Assembly: GCA_905178155.1 (NCBI GenBank)
Contig: CAJINV010000002.1
Location: 7,656,743 to 7,720,742, forward strand
Direction of reading: 5' to 3'
DNA: 64,000 nt
From: Amoebophrya sp. A120
Lineage: Eukaryota > Protista > Dinoflagellata
Each line of letters starts with the position of its first letter. Position 1 is the first letter of the stretch. The notes beneath the pieces are model-generated. The model had not been told where the DNA came from. It ran no database searches and saw only the letters and a program-made list of their open reading frames with translations. Shown in pieces: positions 1 through 12,138 of the stretch. The translations under genes were made by a program, and so were the position numbers.

Positions 1-1065
1 ATTCGAAAAGATGCTGAAGGAGCATCTTTTCAAATTTTACATGCCGCAGACGAGGAGAGCAGCTGGCTGTGCTGTGGTTTTCAGGATTTGAAAAGATGCA
101 GAAGGACCATCTTTTCAAATTTGAGAAACCACGCAAAGGGAGGTCAGCTCAGTCTTCTGTGGCTTCCAAAATTTGAAAAGATACTACCAGCGCATCTTTT
201 CAAATTTCGACAGCCGCGGAAAGGGTGAGCAGCCTACTCTTCTGCGTGGCTTTCAAAATTCGCAAACTTGCTGAGGGGGCATCTTCGCAATCTTCGGAGC
301 CACAAAAGAGGCAAGCAAACAAATGTCGCCAGAGGCACGGCTTTGCTTACCATCTGGCGACCCGCCAGCTGGAGCGCAAGCCAAAGCCTTGGACTTTCGT
401 CACCAATTCTCTGTCTAGGCGCACCAAAGAGGTTCCCAAACAGGTTCATCAAAATCCACCATACCATGCGGATTAGGTTAAGTTAATAGCCTCTTGGGAG
501 ACCTCATCAAAGGGGTTGTCAAAAAGGTTGTCAAATTTTGAAAAGATGCTGAAGGAAACATCTTTTCAAAATTTGACAACCTCAACAAAGCAAGTGCTTG
601 CGTTTTTGAGGTTGTCAAATTTTGAAAAGATGTCTCCTTCAGCATCTTTTCAAAATTTGGAGAGTGAGCAGCCACCTATCAATCAAAATTTGAAAAGATG
701 CAGAAAGAGCATCTTTTCAAAATTTGGTATTTGCGCTGTTCGGGTTGTCAAATTTTGAAAAGATGTCTCCTTCAACATCTTTTCAAAATTTGGAAAGTGA
801 GCAGCCACTTATCAAAATTTGAAAAGATGCAGAAAGAGCATCTTTTCAAAATTTGATATTTGCGTTGTTCGGGTTGTCAAATTTTGAAAAGATGCTTCCT
901 TCAGCATCTTTTCAAAATTTGGAGAGTGAGCAGCCACCTAGCAAAATTTGAAAAGATGCAGAGAGAGCATCTTTTCACAATTTGGTACTTGGGCTGTTCG
1001 GGTTGTCAAATTTTGAAAAGATGTTTCCTTAGGCATCTTTTCAAAATTTGGAGAGTGAGCAGCCA
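1..1065. repeat. Array of ~12 palindromic hairpin units (TTTGAAAAGATG-N9/10-CATCTTTTCAAA) with a ~130-bp higher-order dimer
   Basis: Units start near 1, 85, 170, 255 (degenerate), 532, 617, 686, 751, 813, 878, 943 and 1008. Best copies have 16-bp perfect arms (AAATTTTGAAAAGATG/CATCTTTTCAAAATTT). From 617 the loop polarity alternates and two linkers recur (GGAGAGTGAGCAGCCA.., GGTATTTGCGCTGTTCGGGTTGTC). May extend left of the window. Confidence 0.95.
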
Positions 1066-1357
1066 GGTATGACAAGAACGAGGAGCGAGATCAGGAGGAG
1101 AACCTACTGTGCAAACGAGGATCCAAATGTTACACAAGACAGCAGGAATCGGATTCTGATCAGAATCAGTATCAGATCGGCTTCACATACAAGCCACGGC
1201 GTTGTCTGTGCACAGCTGCAACAGGTGATGCCCTCACCACCTGAGACATCACCTCTCTGGTGTCTGATGTCACAAATAGTCCTGTTCCTGTAAGTATGTT
1301 GTTTCTTACAAGAGTCCGCGCTGGCTTTGGTTCATTCTTGCTCCTTCAAATGATCAT

Positions 1358-4192
1358 TCACGGCGAGCTGTCCCACCTGCAGCAGTTGTTTCGATTTGCG
1401 TCCCACGATCGCATGTTCAGACACGCCACGCTGTCTGTGAAGGTCGGACACTTTCCGGCTGGGTCGCGAAAGCTCGAACACTTGTGATCGTCCTTGCAGG
1501 TCAGCGGGCGGTCGGGCGTGGGGTGGATGGTGGGTGGTGCGGCTTGTGTGGTCGCAGTGGGTGCAGCTGGTTGCTGTGGTGGGGGAGGAGGTACAGCTGG
1601 AGGAACAGCTTCGGGCGCTGGTTGGCCTCCGGCCGGAGGCGTCGTTGTAGCAGCGACAGAGGCCTGCGGCGGCTGTGCAATCTGAGGAGCGCCGGGGGGC
1701 GCTGCTGGTGTTTGTTGGGCGACGGGCGGGGGTGCTCCAACAGCTGGTGATGAAACCGCGGGTGCTGGTTGCGCTTGCGTTGCCGCATTACTAGCATCAT
1801 CTGGTCCCGCAGCGCCGGGAGGTAGTGCAGGCAACAGTGGTGGAACCACTCCACTTGATGGCGCGCCTGCGTTTGCAGAGCCGTGATCATCGGCTGAGGT
1901 TCCAGCTGTTCCCACAATGCCGTCCTTGGCGGCGGTGGCTGCCGCACCGAGTACCGCGCCGATGTCTTGCAGCACGCTACCGGCTGATTGCTGTGGTGGT
2001 GTCGGTGCGGCGGGTCCTGGGGGTGCACCGCTGCCATGCCACACGCAGCAGTGCGTGTATTGCGATTCCGTGAATATCTTGTTCGGTTTCCGCTCCAAGC
2101 AGCTCTCCGCGTCGCGGAACTCCTCGCAGTTCGATTTGGGCCACCACGTACTGCAGACTCGGCTGCCATCCTCTTTCACCGCAAAAGTGCAAGCATCTGG
2201 AATGAAGTATCGAAGAAAAGCATTGTTTGTAGTCAGTTTATTTATGCGCGGGTTGTAGTAGAAGTAGAACCAATCTAAACCTACTAGTACTACACAGTCT
2301 CGTCGTGAAGAAGTCACTGTGCGAGTTCATGTGTAACCTATTGCTATACTGTATCCGGATAGCGTCCCCGGTGGTGCTTGCGCAGGAGGAGGAAGGCCTT
2401 GAGGACCGGCTGCTACGCCACCACTGCCAGCCCCGGCCGGGCTGGCTGGCGGTCCCGCAACCAATTGGCAGCACGGCTGGCCGAACGTGGTCAGTCCCTT
2501 GCTCTTGGGCCCGCTGTCGACGCACTGTAGTTGGTTACCTGGCAGCTGCGCGCAGGCCGTCCCGAAGCTCGTCCGAAGCCAGCTCGCACACACGCCAGGG
2601 CTGTCCGCGCAGAGAAGTGTAGCAGGTGTCGGTGTCGCGACCGACGGTTGCGCCAGCATCCCGGCATTGTAACCGCCGACATTTGCTAGTCCCGCAGCGC
2701 CTGTCGCGTACGGATTCGCGTGGGCGTCCAGCAGGTTTTGTTGCTGCATATACTGGTAAGTTTCTGCGCTCGTGGGGTTGGCGTTGTTGTACCCACCGAT
2801 CATATTAGAGCCAGCCGGCGGCTGCAGCTGCATTCCGGGCTGCATTGCGAATTGCGCATTCGGATCCATCACGCCTGGATTATACTGCATCGCTGCGCCG
2901 GGCATCATCGCCGCTGCGGCGCCACCGACCGCGGCTGCGGGCGGCAGCAACGGCAAAGATTCTTGCATTGCGTTGTAGTTCTCGCCACCGGCGCCAGCGT
3001 CTTGCTCCTCAGCGCCTGGCGTCCATTTGCAGCAGTTCCACCCCGTCCAACGATCCTTCGGTCCACCCGGGCCCACACAGCTAAGCTCGTCGAAAAACTG
3101 CGGACAGTTCGCGCCCTGTCCCCAGCACTGCGTCATCGAACCACTGCACTCCCCATTAAACGCGGAATGCACGGAAACTCTAGCGCCCCCAGGCGGAAGA
3201 GCTCCACCTCCAGCAGAGCCAGAACCTGGTTTATTTGATGTGTCATTTGGCGCAATTTTTTTTTGATTTGCCTACTTCTCTGGGTTTGCGTTTGTGGAAA
3301 AATCATTGTCCGCGAGATCGTGGTGGCGGAGTCTACGCCGGGGACGTGAAACAACTTTCGAAAAGGGAAATCAATCAAGCTGAGAATATTAAAACTGGAC
3401 GCCAAGTTGTGGCTTCTAAATACTTTCAGGTCTATCCGCGTTGCCACCATCTGCGTCTCTCCTCTCTCGGTTTGGTTGCCTGCTCCGGCCCCTTCCGCAG
3501 CACCCGCCCCGCTTCAATTGCAGCATGCTTCTCGATTGTTGGTCTCTGTCTCGACGCCCAGGGACCGGGGCTGCTCCCTGCGGGGCATGGTTCTGCTCTT
3601 CGCCCGGAAACTCTTCCTCGTCTTCGCAATCGCATTCCTCGAATCCGCTGGGCGATGAAACAGATTCTTCTAGCGCAAGCTCCGTTATACTATCGGACGC
3701 AGACACTGCCTCATCCGCAAAAGTTGTGCTGCCATCGTGGGCTACATCAGAGCTCCGCCTATCTTCTTGTTCTTCAAGATGAGCATCTAGTAGTCCAGGC
3801 AGGACAACATCTGGTAAGTGGTGCTCTACTTGTTGATTTTGAACATGTTCGCCAAGAACGATATCGTCGCTGCTGGACTGCTGTTGCTGTATGGCTTCGG
3901 CGTACTCTGAGAGAACAATCGTCGACAAGAAAAGGCCCAAGTACACCGCTAGGACGATCTCCTGCCGCAGAAAATTGAGAAGCAAACGGAACCCCGTGCG
4001 TGTTGAAATAGCTGCCTTCTCGACGACTTTTTCGTCGTTCACTTTGTTCGCAGCCCTGGCTGCTGAAGAAGGGACCACTAAAATTTCTGCTCGTGATGTT
4101 TGTTGCGCGTCAACGCGGCCGCCCCGCTGCTGCAGTTGCTTCCCATTCTTGAGCTCTCCTCGCGCTCGCCGCCTCGTTCTATGTCGTATCAT
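1358..4192 (-). CDS. Putative secreted/surface protein (~827 aa) with four 6-Cys modules and Pro/Ala/Gln-rich linkers
   Basis: Exons 4192-3424, 3225-2350, 2196-1358, joined in frame by two GT-AG introns. Hydrophobic segment IVLAVYLGLFLSTIVLS near the N-terminus. Four modules end CCKW, CCQL, CCVW, CCRW. Start codon and last exon uncertain. Confidence 0.7.
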
Positions 4193-6014
4193 CGTTTCGA
4201 CAAGAACTTTCAGCCCAGCGGTAGAATGATTTTGCAATCGACGAAGACCACGTCGAAGACCACCTATTTATAAGGACGTCGAGACTTCGACGCACCTCCT
4301 GATCGCGACGGGAGGACAGATCCAGGTTGTGTGGTTGCAGTGACCACAGGAAGCGCAGCTGCAATCTTCCGGGCCACGCACTGGTGGAAAGAGGACGATC
4401 GCATGATCATGAGACTTTGATCGTATCAATGTGGGGACGACCTCCACCTCTAGCATTTGGCAAGTAGTCGGTGTCTTTTTCTTCAGCAAAAACTATAATC
4501 CCTAATGTGTCTGAATTGAGAAGCAGCAGCTGCTAAAGAAGAAAACAAAACTAGAGCGTAGCATAAAGTATCGATATTAACAGACATCACCAACAGATAC
4601 TTACTGTTATTTCTCGAAAAGCTGCGATGTGAATTCATGTACCGAGAGCGAGAAGTAAGGCAGATTGCAAAGAGACCACTATCTCTATCTACACGATGAG
4701 CAGGCAGGTAATAGACCCCCAAACGCGATCGCAATCCCTGTGTGACGATGTTTATCACTTTATTCGCTTCTTTTCAGTTTATTACACCCATACTCTTCAC
4801 CAGATCATATTGAAACTTCTTCACGACGATCAGGAGTTGGGAGATAGCGTCCATTAAAAGGAGGAGCATCTGTACCTGTAGTTCGACCATCTTCTCCACA
4901 CCGACGTCTTGCAACGAAATACGCCCTTCCATTCTTATTTGCCTTTACATTTACATAGCACGACCCAAATACACGTATACCGACAATTCCGTGGGTGAGA
5001 CTGAGGGGATAAAGAGAAAGATGTCGAATAGACGAGTCAACAGCGAAGGCGAACAGGGGCCCATTAAAGGACCATAACGGTGACATTCAATGCACGCCAA
5101 CAACGGTGGTTGACCGAAGTTTCTATCAAAGCCGGAGGATATCATACAAACAGGCAGATGGCAAGCTCAAGGCCGACGCTTTCGGAACTATAGCTTGCCA
5201 CCCATTTCTGATAATTCCTGTTCTTGTTTCACTTTCATCTTCTTGCTTCTACTACTCCTTTGTCGGTGTACTACTTACAAAAAATGAAAAAAAATCTTAC
5301 AGGGGAGGCGATAAAATAATGCAAAAAAAAAGAAAAGCGAGTATGTGTTTTAGTGTACTGAGTGCTACTGCTAGCTTCTGCGAAAAAGATACGGACTCGA
5401 AGGGATCATATCTTGGTTATTGTAGGTAGGCTTTCAGAACTGCGTAGGAAATAGTCGTGGGTGTGTGTGCTTTTTCCGGTTTTTTTTTTTGTTGTACTAC
5501 ATCGCTGAGCATATGATCATACACCAACGAAAATATGAATATCTGAGCGACCTGAGTAAGGTTACGCTACATTCTCAACAAGAAAGCTACAGCACTAGGC
5601 GAAGCGTCGCATCACACAACAGCTTTCCTTCGATCTTCTGTCCAGACCACAATCGTGTTCTATTAGATACGCGCAGGCCTTGTGAAGATTTTTGCGGGAA
5701 ACGCAAAAGGCCGTCTTTTATGCAGTGTACTGGACTTTTTTTTTCTTCCGCTTCGTTTTAATTTCGATTTCTTTATGTCGTCGGCGTCATCCTCTTCGAG
5801 AAAAGGACACTTGTTCTTGATCTCCTCATGCTTGTGCGACATAATGTGCGGCTTGTCAAAGTAAAAGAGCTCCACTTCTGTTTTTGTAGAAGGTCATATA
5901 TTTTTTTTTTGGTTTTTTGTGAGGGGGTCAGGGAAAAATTTTAGGTTTACTACCTAGTTCTACTTTTATTACGAGTCAAAGCAGTGCGACCATCAGGAAC
6001 AAACCCGGTTTATT

Positions 6015-9000
6015 TTATCCCGGTCGCGCCTTCGGTATTGGCTTTGGTGTACTTCGTGCACTTGTGACGACCTCGGTCGAAACATTTGTGCTGTCCGTGG
6101 ACACGCCGGGCGAGGGGTTGTGTGTGCTGAGTTTCGCACTAGACTTGCGCACAGGCAAGTTGCTCATCAGGTGCAGGTCCGTGTCCATGTGGTGGACGCG
6201 CGGCACGGAGTCGCTGTCCTCGGTGTTGAAAGCCGCCGAGGTCCGGTTTGTGGTTTTGTTCTTCAACCCCGTGGTCGGTTCCTCGGGGTTGAAAGCCGCC
6301 GAGGTCCGGTTTGTTGTTTTATTCTTCAAGCCCGTCGTTGACGTAGCCGGAGAAACTGGTCCACCAACGGCTCCGGGCCTGCCTTTGTTGATGAAATAGC
6401 TCTCCGCCTGGTCATCACCGGGATTTTGAAACGCCGCAACGTCCACGTCATCGATCTCTGCCGTTTCTATGGCCGATCCGGATCCCCGGCGGTTGATGAC
6501 TTTGGAATTCTTCTGTGTGCTCTGGCGGTTCAGCCTTTTCGCCGGGTTCGGGTTAATAGAACCTCCTATGGAAGGCCCGTCATAATTGCTTGGACTTCGA
6601 TCACCATCCAAGTCCATGCCTACATCTCCGCCTTGATCTGTTGATGTTCTATGTTCAAACTTCGCCTGAAAGTCTTGGTATTCCACTTTGGTCATCGGTT
6701 TCCTCGGTGCGTTCGGGTCCTCCCCGGCCAGCAGCAAATCTTCCTTGGTGAGCACCCCGCTGCCGTCGTGGTCTAGTTCGTGGAACTTCTCGAAAATGGG
6801 GTCCAGATCCTCCCGCGTCACCTTCTCCATGGCCACCAGCGTGCCCAGACAGAACTCGAACTCGTCCACCCCGTCGCCGTTGGTGTCCATCTGCGCGAGG
6901 AGCTCGGGCGTCAGTTTGCGGGACTTCAGTTCGAACTCCTTGATTTTCGACTTCACGTCGACCTTCAGACTCGCCAAATTCGTCAGCGCGGCTGCGACCA
7001 TGCCGCACCCAATCATCAGGAAGAAGACGCAGAACATCCGGGTTTTTCCGTCCTTGATGTCCACGTCGCCGTACCCCACTGTGGTAACCGACACCGTGGA
7101 CCAGTACAACGCGTCCACAAACGTCACGCCCTCCACACTGCTAACCACGATCATGCCCAGGATGATCGGGAAAAAGATCAGGCAGGCGGACTCCAGCACC
7201 TTCGTGTAGGTCAGACGCGAAATCTTTCGCTGGAGCTCCGTTTCGCCCACGATCCACATGTCCGCCTTGCGAAACAAAGACGAGTTGTTCTGGAGCCACT
7301 GGTAGGTCCCGGTCCTCGGCCGCAACTGAGGTTCAAAAATTGATAATCGCTTCTTGGCGATCAGGGAAGTAGAAAAGCGAAAACTTTAGTACATTAGGAC
7401 TTCAGAGCAAAACTCAACATAAGTTTATGTTCAAGTGCGAACTTCATTATTATATCGAGACGCGGTTCATCTTCTGGTGGATCACCTTCATACTCCTCCT
7501 GCCAAGGGCGAGTAGAACAGAATAGAACATCAACAGAACGCATGGACATGGTCGAGCTTGCCCACGCAACGATCAAAAATCAAAAAAACCTAAATTCGAC
7601 TATACATGTCTGGTCAGGTCGCCGGCACGGTGCAATTGGTCGCCAAATCTCTGCGTACTACCTTTTGTCTGCAGCATGCGGACGCCTCCGCCGGCCATGT
7701 TTAGCATCGACTTTATCTGCCCCTGCACGTCACTGACAAACGCCTCCTTGCGCTTGCGCTCCCGCTCGTTCTGCTCTGCCAGATCTAATTTACCGCTACC
7801 GAAAGTGACGCTCTTGCTGCCGCTGGGGCTGCCCCCTCCGCGAAGATTTTGATCATCTCCGTCGTCGCCAGGCCGCGGGCTGTAGAGCTTTTCCGCCCGG
7901 TCCGCAACGTCGATCGCTGCCTTCTCGATCAGCTCGTCACTGACGCCCTTGCGACTTTGGTGCAGCGCCAATTTTGCACCGGGCATCGCGTGGTCTCCCT
8001 CACAATAGAAATTCCTGTAGACATTTGGCGGGTCGTCCTTGGATGCAGAGCCGGGTAAAGGTCCTCGTCTTGAAGATGCAGATGAGGCTGCAGTGTAATC
8101 CTTGTTTTCATCGAGAGAAGAACGTCGAGAAATATGCCTCTTCGACTGCCGCTGTTGCACCGGCTGCCCCCCCGCAGCGGGGCCAAAATACCCCGGCCTA
8201 TTTCGCCACCTACGGAAACCGGATTCTGCAAGGTAGGCGTTCGCAATCTCGCGCTGGCTGCTGGCCCTGCTGGAGGTGAGGGACGAGTTATCGCTTTTGT
8301 TATCGTCAAACCTATGATCGTCCTCAGCACCCTCGGCGATGAAGTTCACTCGCTCGGTGGAATACGGGCCTAACAGTCGGACTAGCCGCGGTGGGTTATC
8401 AACATCGTCGTCGAAATCAAGACAATCTCTTGTTGTACTGTTGCCGTCCTCTGAGTCGACGTCCAGTCGGCTGCAAGAGGCGCGTCCTCGTGCGCTGGAC
8501 GGGGTAGATGAAAAGTGGTCTAGTTCGTCGCTAGCGCAGTCAATACTCTGGTCGCGACGAATATCGCCCTGCTCTATTATGCTCGACGTAGTTGCTATTT
8601 CGTTTCCACTGGCTTCTGTTAAAGAGAAGGCTAATGCGGCCTGCTGGTCTAGAAAGTCTCTTCTTCTACTTCGATCTCGGTCTCGACGCACTCGCACATC
8701 ACCAAAAGGGAGCGATGTTGATGAAGCTGTGTGATTTCTAGCAGAAGTTCTCGACGTTGTGCGTCCCCTGAAGATTGTTCTATCGCCAGTAGATGTTGAC
8801 CTGTTCCAAAGTTCCTGACTCCCCTCGTGCTCGTCGTCGTCCTCGCCTACAATTACAATCTGCGCGTGCTGCCCCTCAACCTCCGGTGCATCAAGAGCAC
8901 TGACTCGGTCTTCCTGTGCGTTCTTGAATTCCAGCTCGATCTCGCTTTCAGCAGAGATCATCCCACCTCCGGCGCCGAGCGGGCTCGACGGCGTCACGAA

Positions 9001-10095
9001 GGACATGGCCGAGTTTGTGGACATGGTCGCCGACCGATTCAGTGCGATCTTCGGCTTTTTGTCGTTTTTCTGCAGACTCATCCCGTCGTCTTCGTCCTCG
9101 TCGAGCAGCGCCACCGTGTTGAAGCGGCCGAACTTCGGGCTCGCCCCGTCCGGGCTGGCTTTGCTGCTCTTTTTCGAGAGAAAGTCGTCCTCTTGCTCGC
9201 GTCTCTTTTTCTCAGCCGCCTCCAGCCGGTCCGCGTACCACTCCAGCACGTCGGCCATGGCATCCATGATCGCGTTGGCCACCAAGCCCAATCCGACGAA
9301 AATGTACACGCAGGTGAAGACCTTGGCGCTGTCGCTCATGGGCACCACGTCGCCGTAGCCGACGGTGGTCAGGGTGACCGCCGCGAAGTAAAAGGCCTTG
9401 GTGAGGCCACTGGAGTACTGGTCGTTGGTGCAAACCCCCTCCGCGTTCATGTCGTCGTTCGAGCCGACGCAGTAGAAGAACGGGCCGACCGAGAAGAACG
9501 CGAGGATGATGAGTCCCTTCCACGCCAGGCGGTGCCGCTCCACCCACGAGGGGGAGGTGGAGGTCCAGGTGTCCAGAAATTCCTCGTAGTCCAGCAGTTC
9601 CCGCTCGGATTCGATCCCCTTGTCCATGTGCTGTTCGATCTGTCGGATCATCATCTGGTACAGTCTCTTCACCTTGTGCTCGTCCGTCGTCTCGCCTTGC
9701 TTTTGCAGCTCGATCGCGGCCCGCTGCAGTTTCGCGTCTTCCAGCGCTTGTCTCTTCGCGTGCTGTTCCTCTTCATCCGTCAGGTCGGGCTCCTGTTCGA
9801 CCACAACATCCCCCTCACGGCGGAACGCCTCGGCCATTGCCACGCGCGCCGCCTCCTGCTCCAGGGTGTCCTCCTCCGCGTCCAGGGCGGCCAGCGTCAC
9901 GGACCGCAGCGGGGCGGACAGCTTGCGGAGTTCGCCCTCAATCCAGTGGATGTCAATGAAGTTCTTGTCGAGCCGTTCCACGTAGGTGCTGTTGTCGCGC
10001 AGTTCCGTCCGCAGCTTTATCATCGTCTCGTGGCCGAACACCAAACGTGCCGCCTTGCGCTGCTCCAGCAAATCGAAAAACTGAGACAGCGGCAT
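6015..10095 (-). CDS. Two-pore-domain potassium channel (K2P/TPK-like) with C-terminal EF-hands, ~1,266 aa
   Basis: Exons 10095-7606 and 7325-6015 with a phase-0 GT-AG intron at 7605-7326. Two selectivity filters (TLTTVGYGD ~9350-9380, SVTTVGYGD ~7065-7095), each flanked by TM helices. EF-hand loops DTNGDGVDEFE and DHDGSGVLTKEDL. The 5' end may extend further upstream. Confidence 0.9.
6221..6340 (-). repeat. 63-bp in-frame tandem duplication (TTGLKNKTTNRTSAAFN x2) in the K+ channel tail
   Basis: The two copies encode an identical 17-aa core but differ at several third-codon positions. Confidence 0.9.
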
Positions 10096-12138
10096 CGTCG
10101 TGGCGCTGCAGTTCTTCGTGAAATAAATCAAGGCGGGACTCTACGAACGATCAAAAGTAGAAGGCTCTTCCCTTTATTGTTGTATAGCTACGCTTTTTCA
10201 TTTTTTCGCAACACTCAACGGGAACTAGCAAGAAGGGCTTCGGGCGCACGCCCACAGCCTAGTGATGCTGATGTTGCCGTACGAAAGGTAAAGAAGAAAT
10301 GCGTATGCGTCATGATGTGAATAAAATTGATTTCTTTGAGCAGAATAAATGCAGACTACACCCTACCATAGGTTTCTTGTTACGCGCAATATTAATAGGA
10401 CGAATGGGTCCATGATATCGGCTCGTAAATAGACACTCATGATGCAGCAACACTATATTGAAACAGAAAACATTTCCAATTTCAACTAGTCATAAGTACT
10501 GCGAATATACGGTAATTTGTCAGTAGCAGGTTTGCATATACATTCAAACTTTTGGGTCCTGGAAGCAAGTACGACGTAGCAATGAAATTATTATTATTTC
10601 AATACACGACGAAAGCAGCAGTAGCACGACCACGAATGATGTTGCGATGCTTACTTGACCGCTGTACCTGTACGAATTGACGAGTACTATGTTTGTACGA
10701 TTTTTCATCTCTAGCACTAAGTCTAAGGGAAATTGCACGACTGATTATAGATGATAGGACACATCATGTCTTGCACGCACCGAATTGTCGCAAGGAGGAC
10801 GACTTTGACTTACTTTCTGTTTCTACGTTCCAATATGTCCTTCATTATTTTCCACACCGACATTAGGCACTCCAAGACTAGAAATAACGTAGCGTTTTTT
10901 TTTTTTCCCGAAACAGGCAACATGTCCTTATAAATTTACCGATTGAACAAGTCATCTATCAAGAAATCTCGTCCAAGCTGACCGACGATGGAAGAACGCT
11001 CGATGCAGCGGTAGGGGGAGCCTGCGTCACCAACTCTAGCCGGCTCAAGGTCAAGGAAGCCTGAGCCTGTGCATGGTTGATTAGACAACAACTTCCCTTT
11101 TTTTAGCATACAAATCCACATTTTTTTTTTTGTGAAAGAGTCATTAGCCGAAAATAAAGGTAGGTGAAGATAATCATGCTTAAATGCTTTGTTTGTGTAT
11201 GCATATATCGGAATTCGAATTTTCCTTGTTTCGGTTTTTCGATTCTTTAGGAGAAACGTTCCTTCGATTCCATAGGAAGGTATAATCATGATCGAGACGG
11301 ATAGCAGGGAAATAAACCACAAAAGTTTCGCTGATCGCTCCGGTCGTCTTCCCATTTGTTGCGCTCAACATCGCGCTTCTACCCGTCTCGTTGCAAAATG
11401 TGTTCAATGTGGTAGAAGTAGTTGTGAAGCTATTCATGATCCTTCTCAGATCTATGTATCTTATTTCGAGTCCATGTTGTTGTTGATAGATTCTTCTGGA
11501 AAATTTTTTCCATTGGGGGCAGAAGAGCAGCCTGTTGCTGTTGCCTTTTTTAAAAAATAGAGCACGACGACCAACATCAACATTGCGGTTCATTTGTGTT
11601 GGAATTGTGCGTAGCTATCAGGTACATCAAACGTCAACATATACAACCATGAGTTCTTTCGTGGAGCAAAATGTATCAGATCATTAATTGCGGAAAAAGT
11701 CTTCGACCAGTAGTACCACTTAACTACAGTTTAAAAAAATTTGAGGTTTTCAACGCGGTCAGTCGGTAGTAGCTTATCAGGATGGTAGCTTCTTCACAGG
11801 GCTGAGCATCACCCCTCATCCTGCGAGCCGCCCAGTAGATAGCACATAGATTTGAATCTCGTCAGATAGGCGCAACTACTTGGTAGGCCTAGGCCATCAA
11901 CAAAAATATCGGTGTTAGTCAGCACCTGCAATGGTACCTTCTTTTTCGAACAAAGACAACCTAAAAGCGACTAGCGAGACCGCCGCGGACGAAACATTTT
12001 TTTTTGTCATCATTCAGCAAGTTCAACGAGAGATAAAAGTTAAAGGTGTCTAAAGCAAATGTCATCTAAAAATACGAAAACTCAGCACGACTCCCTCCCA
12101 GTCGCTACCTCATCGCCACGCGTGATCGATGATCGTCT

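Noticed and set aside
1-1065. CRISPR-like appearance of palindromic repeats with spacers
   Set aside because: The spacers are themselves repeated, the context is eukaryotic, and there are no cas-like ORFs.
8827-10320. 497-aa plus-strand ORF and similar long antisense ORFs (19599-21686, 45975-46565, 58169-58819)
   Set aside because: Antisense shadows caused by C/G-ending codon bias of the real minus-strand genes.
10936-11593. Possible small exons between the K+ channel and the elongase
   Set aside because: One exon-like stretch (~11067-10940) exists, but I could not build a consistent gene model.
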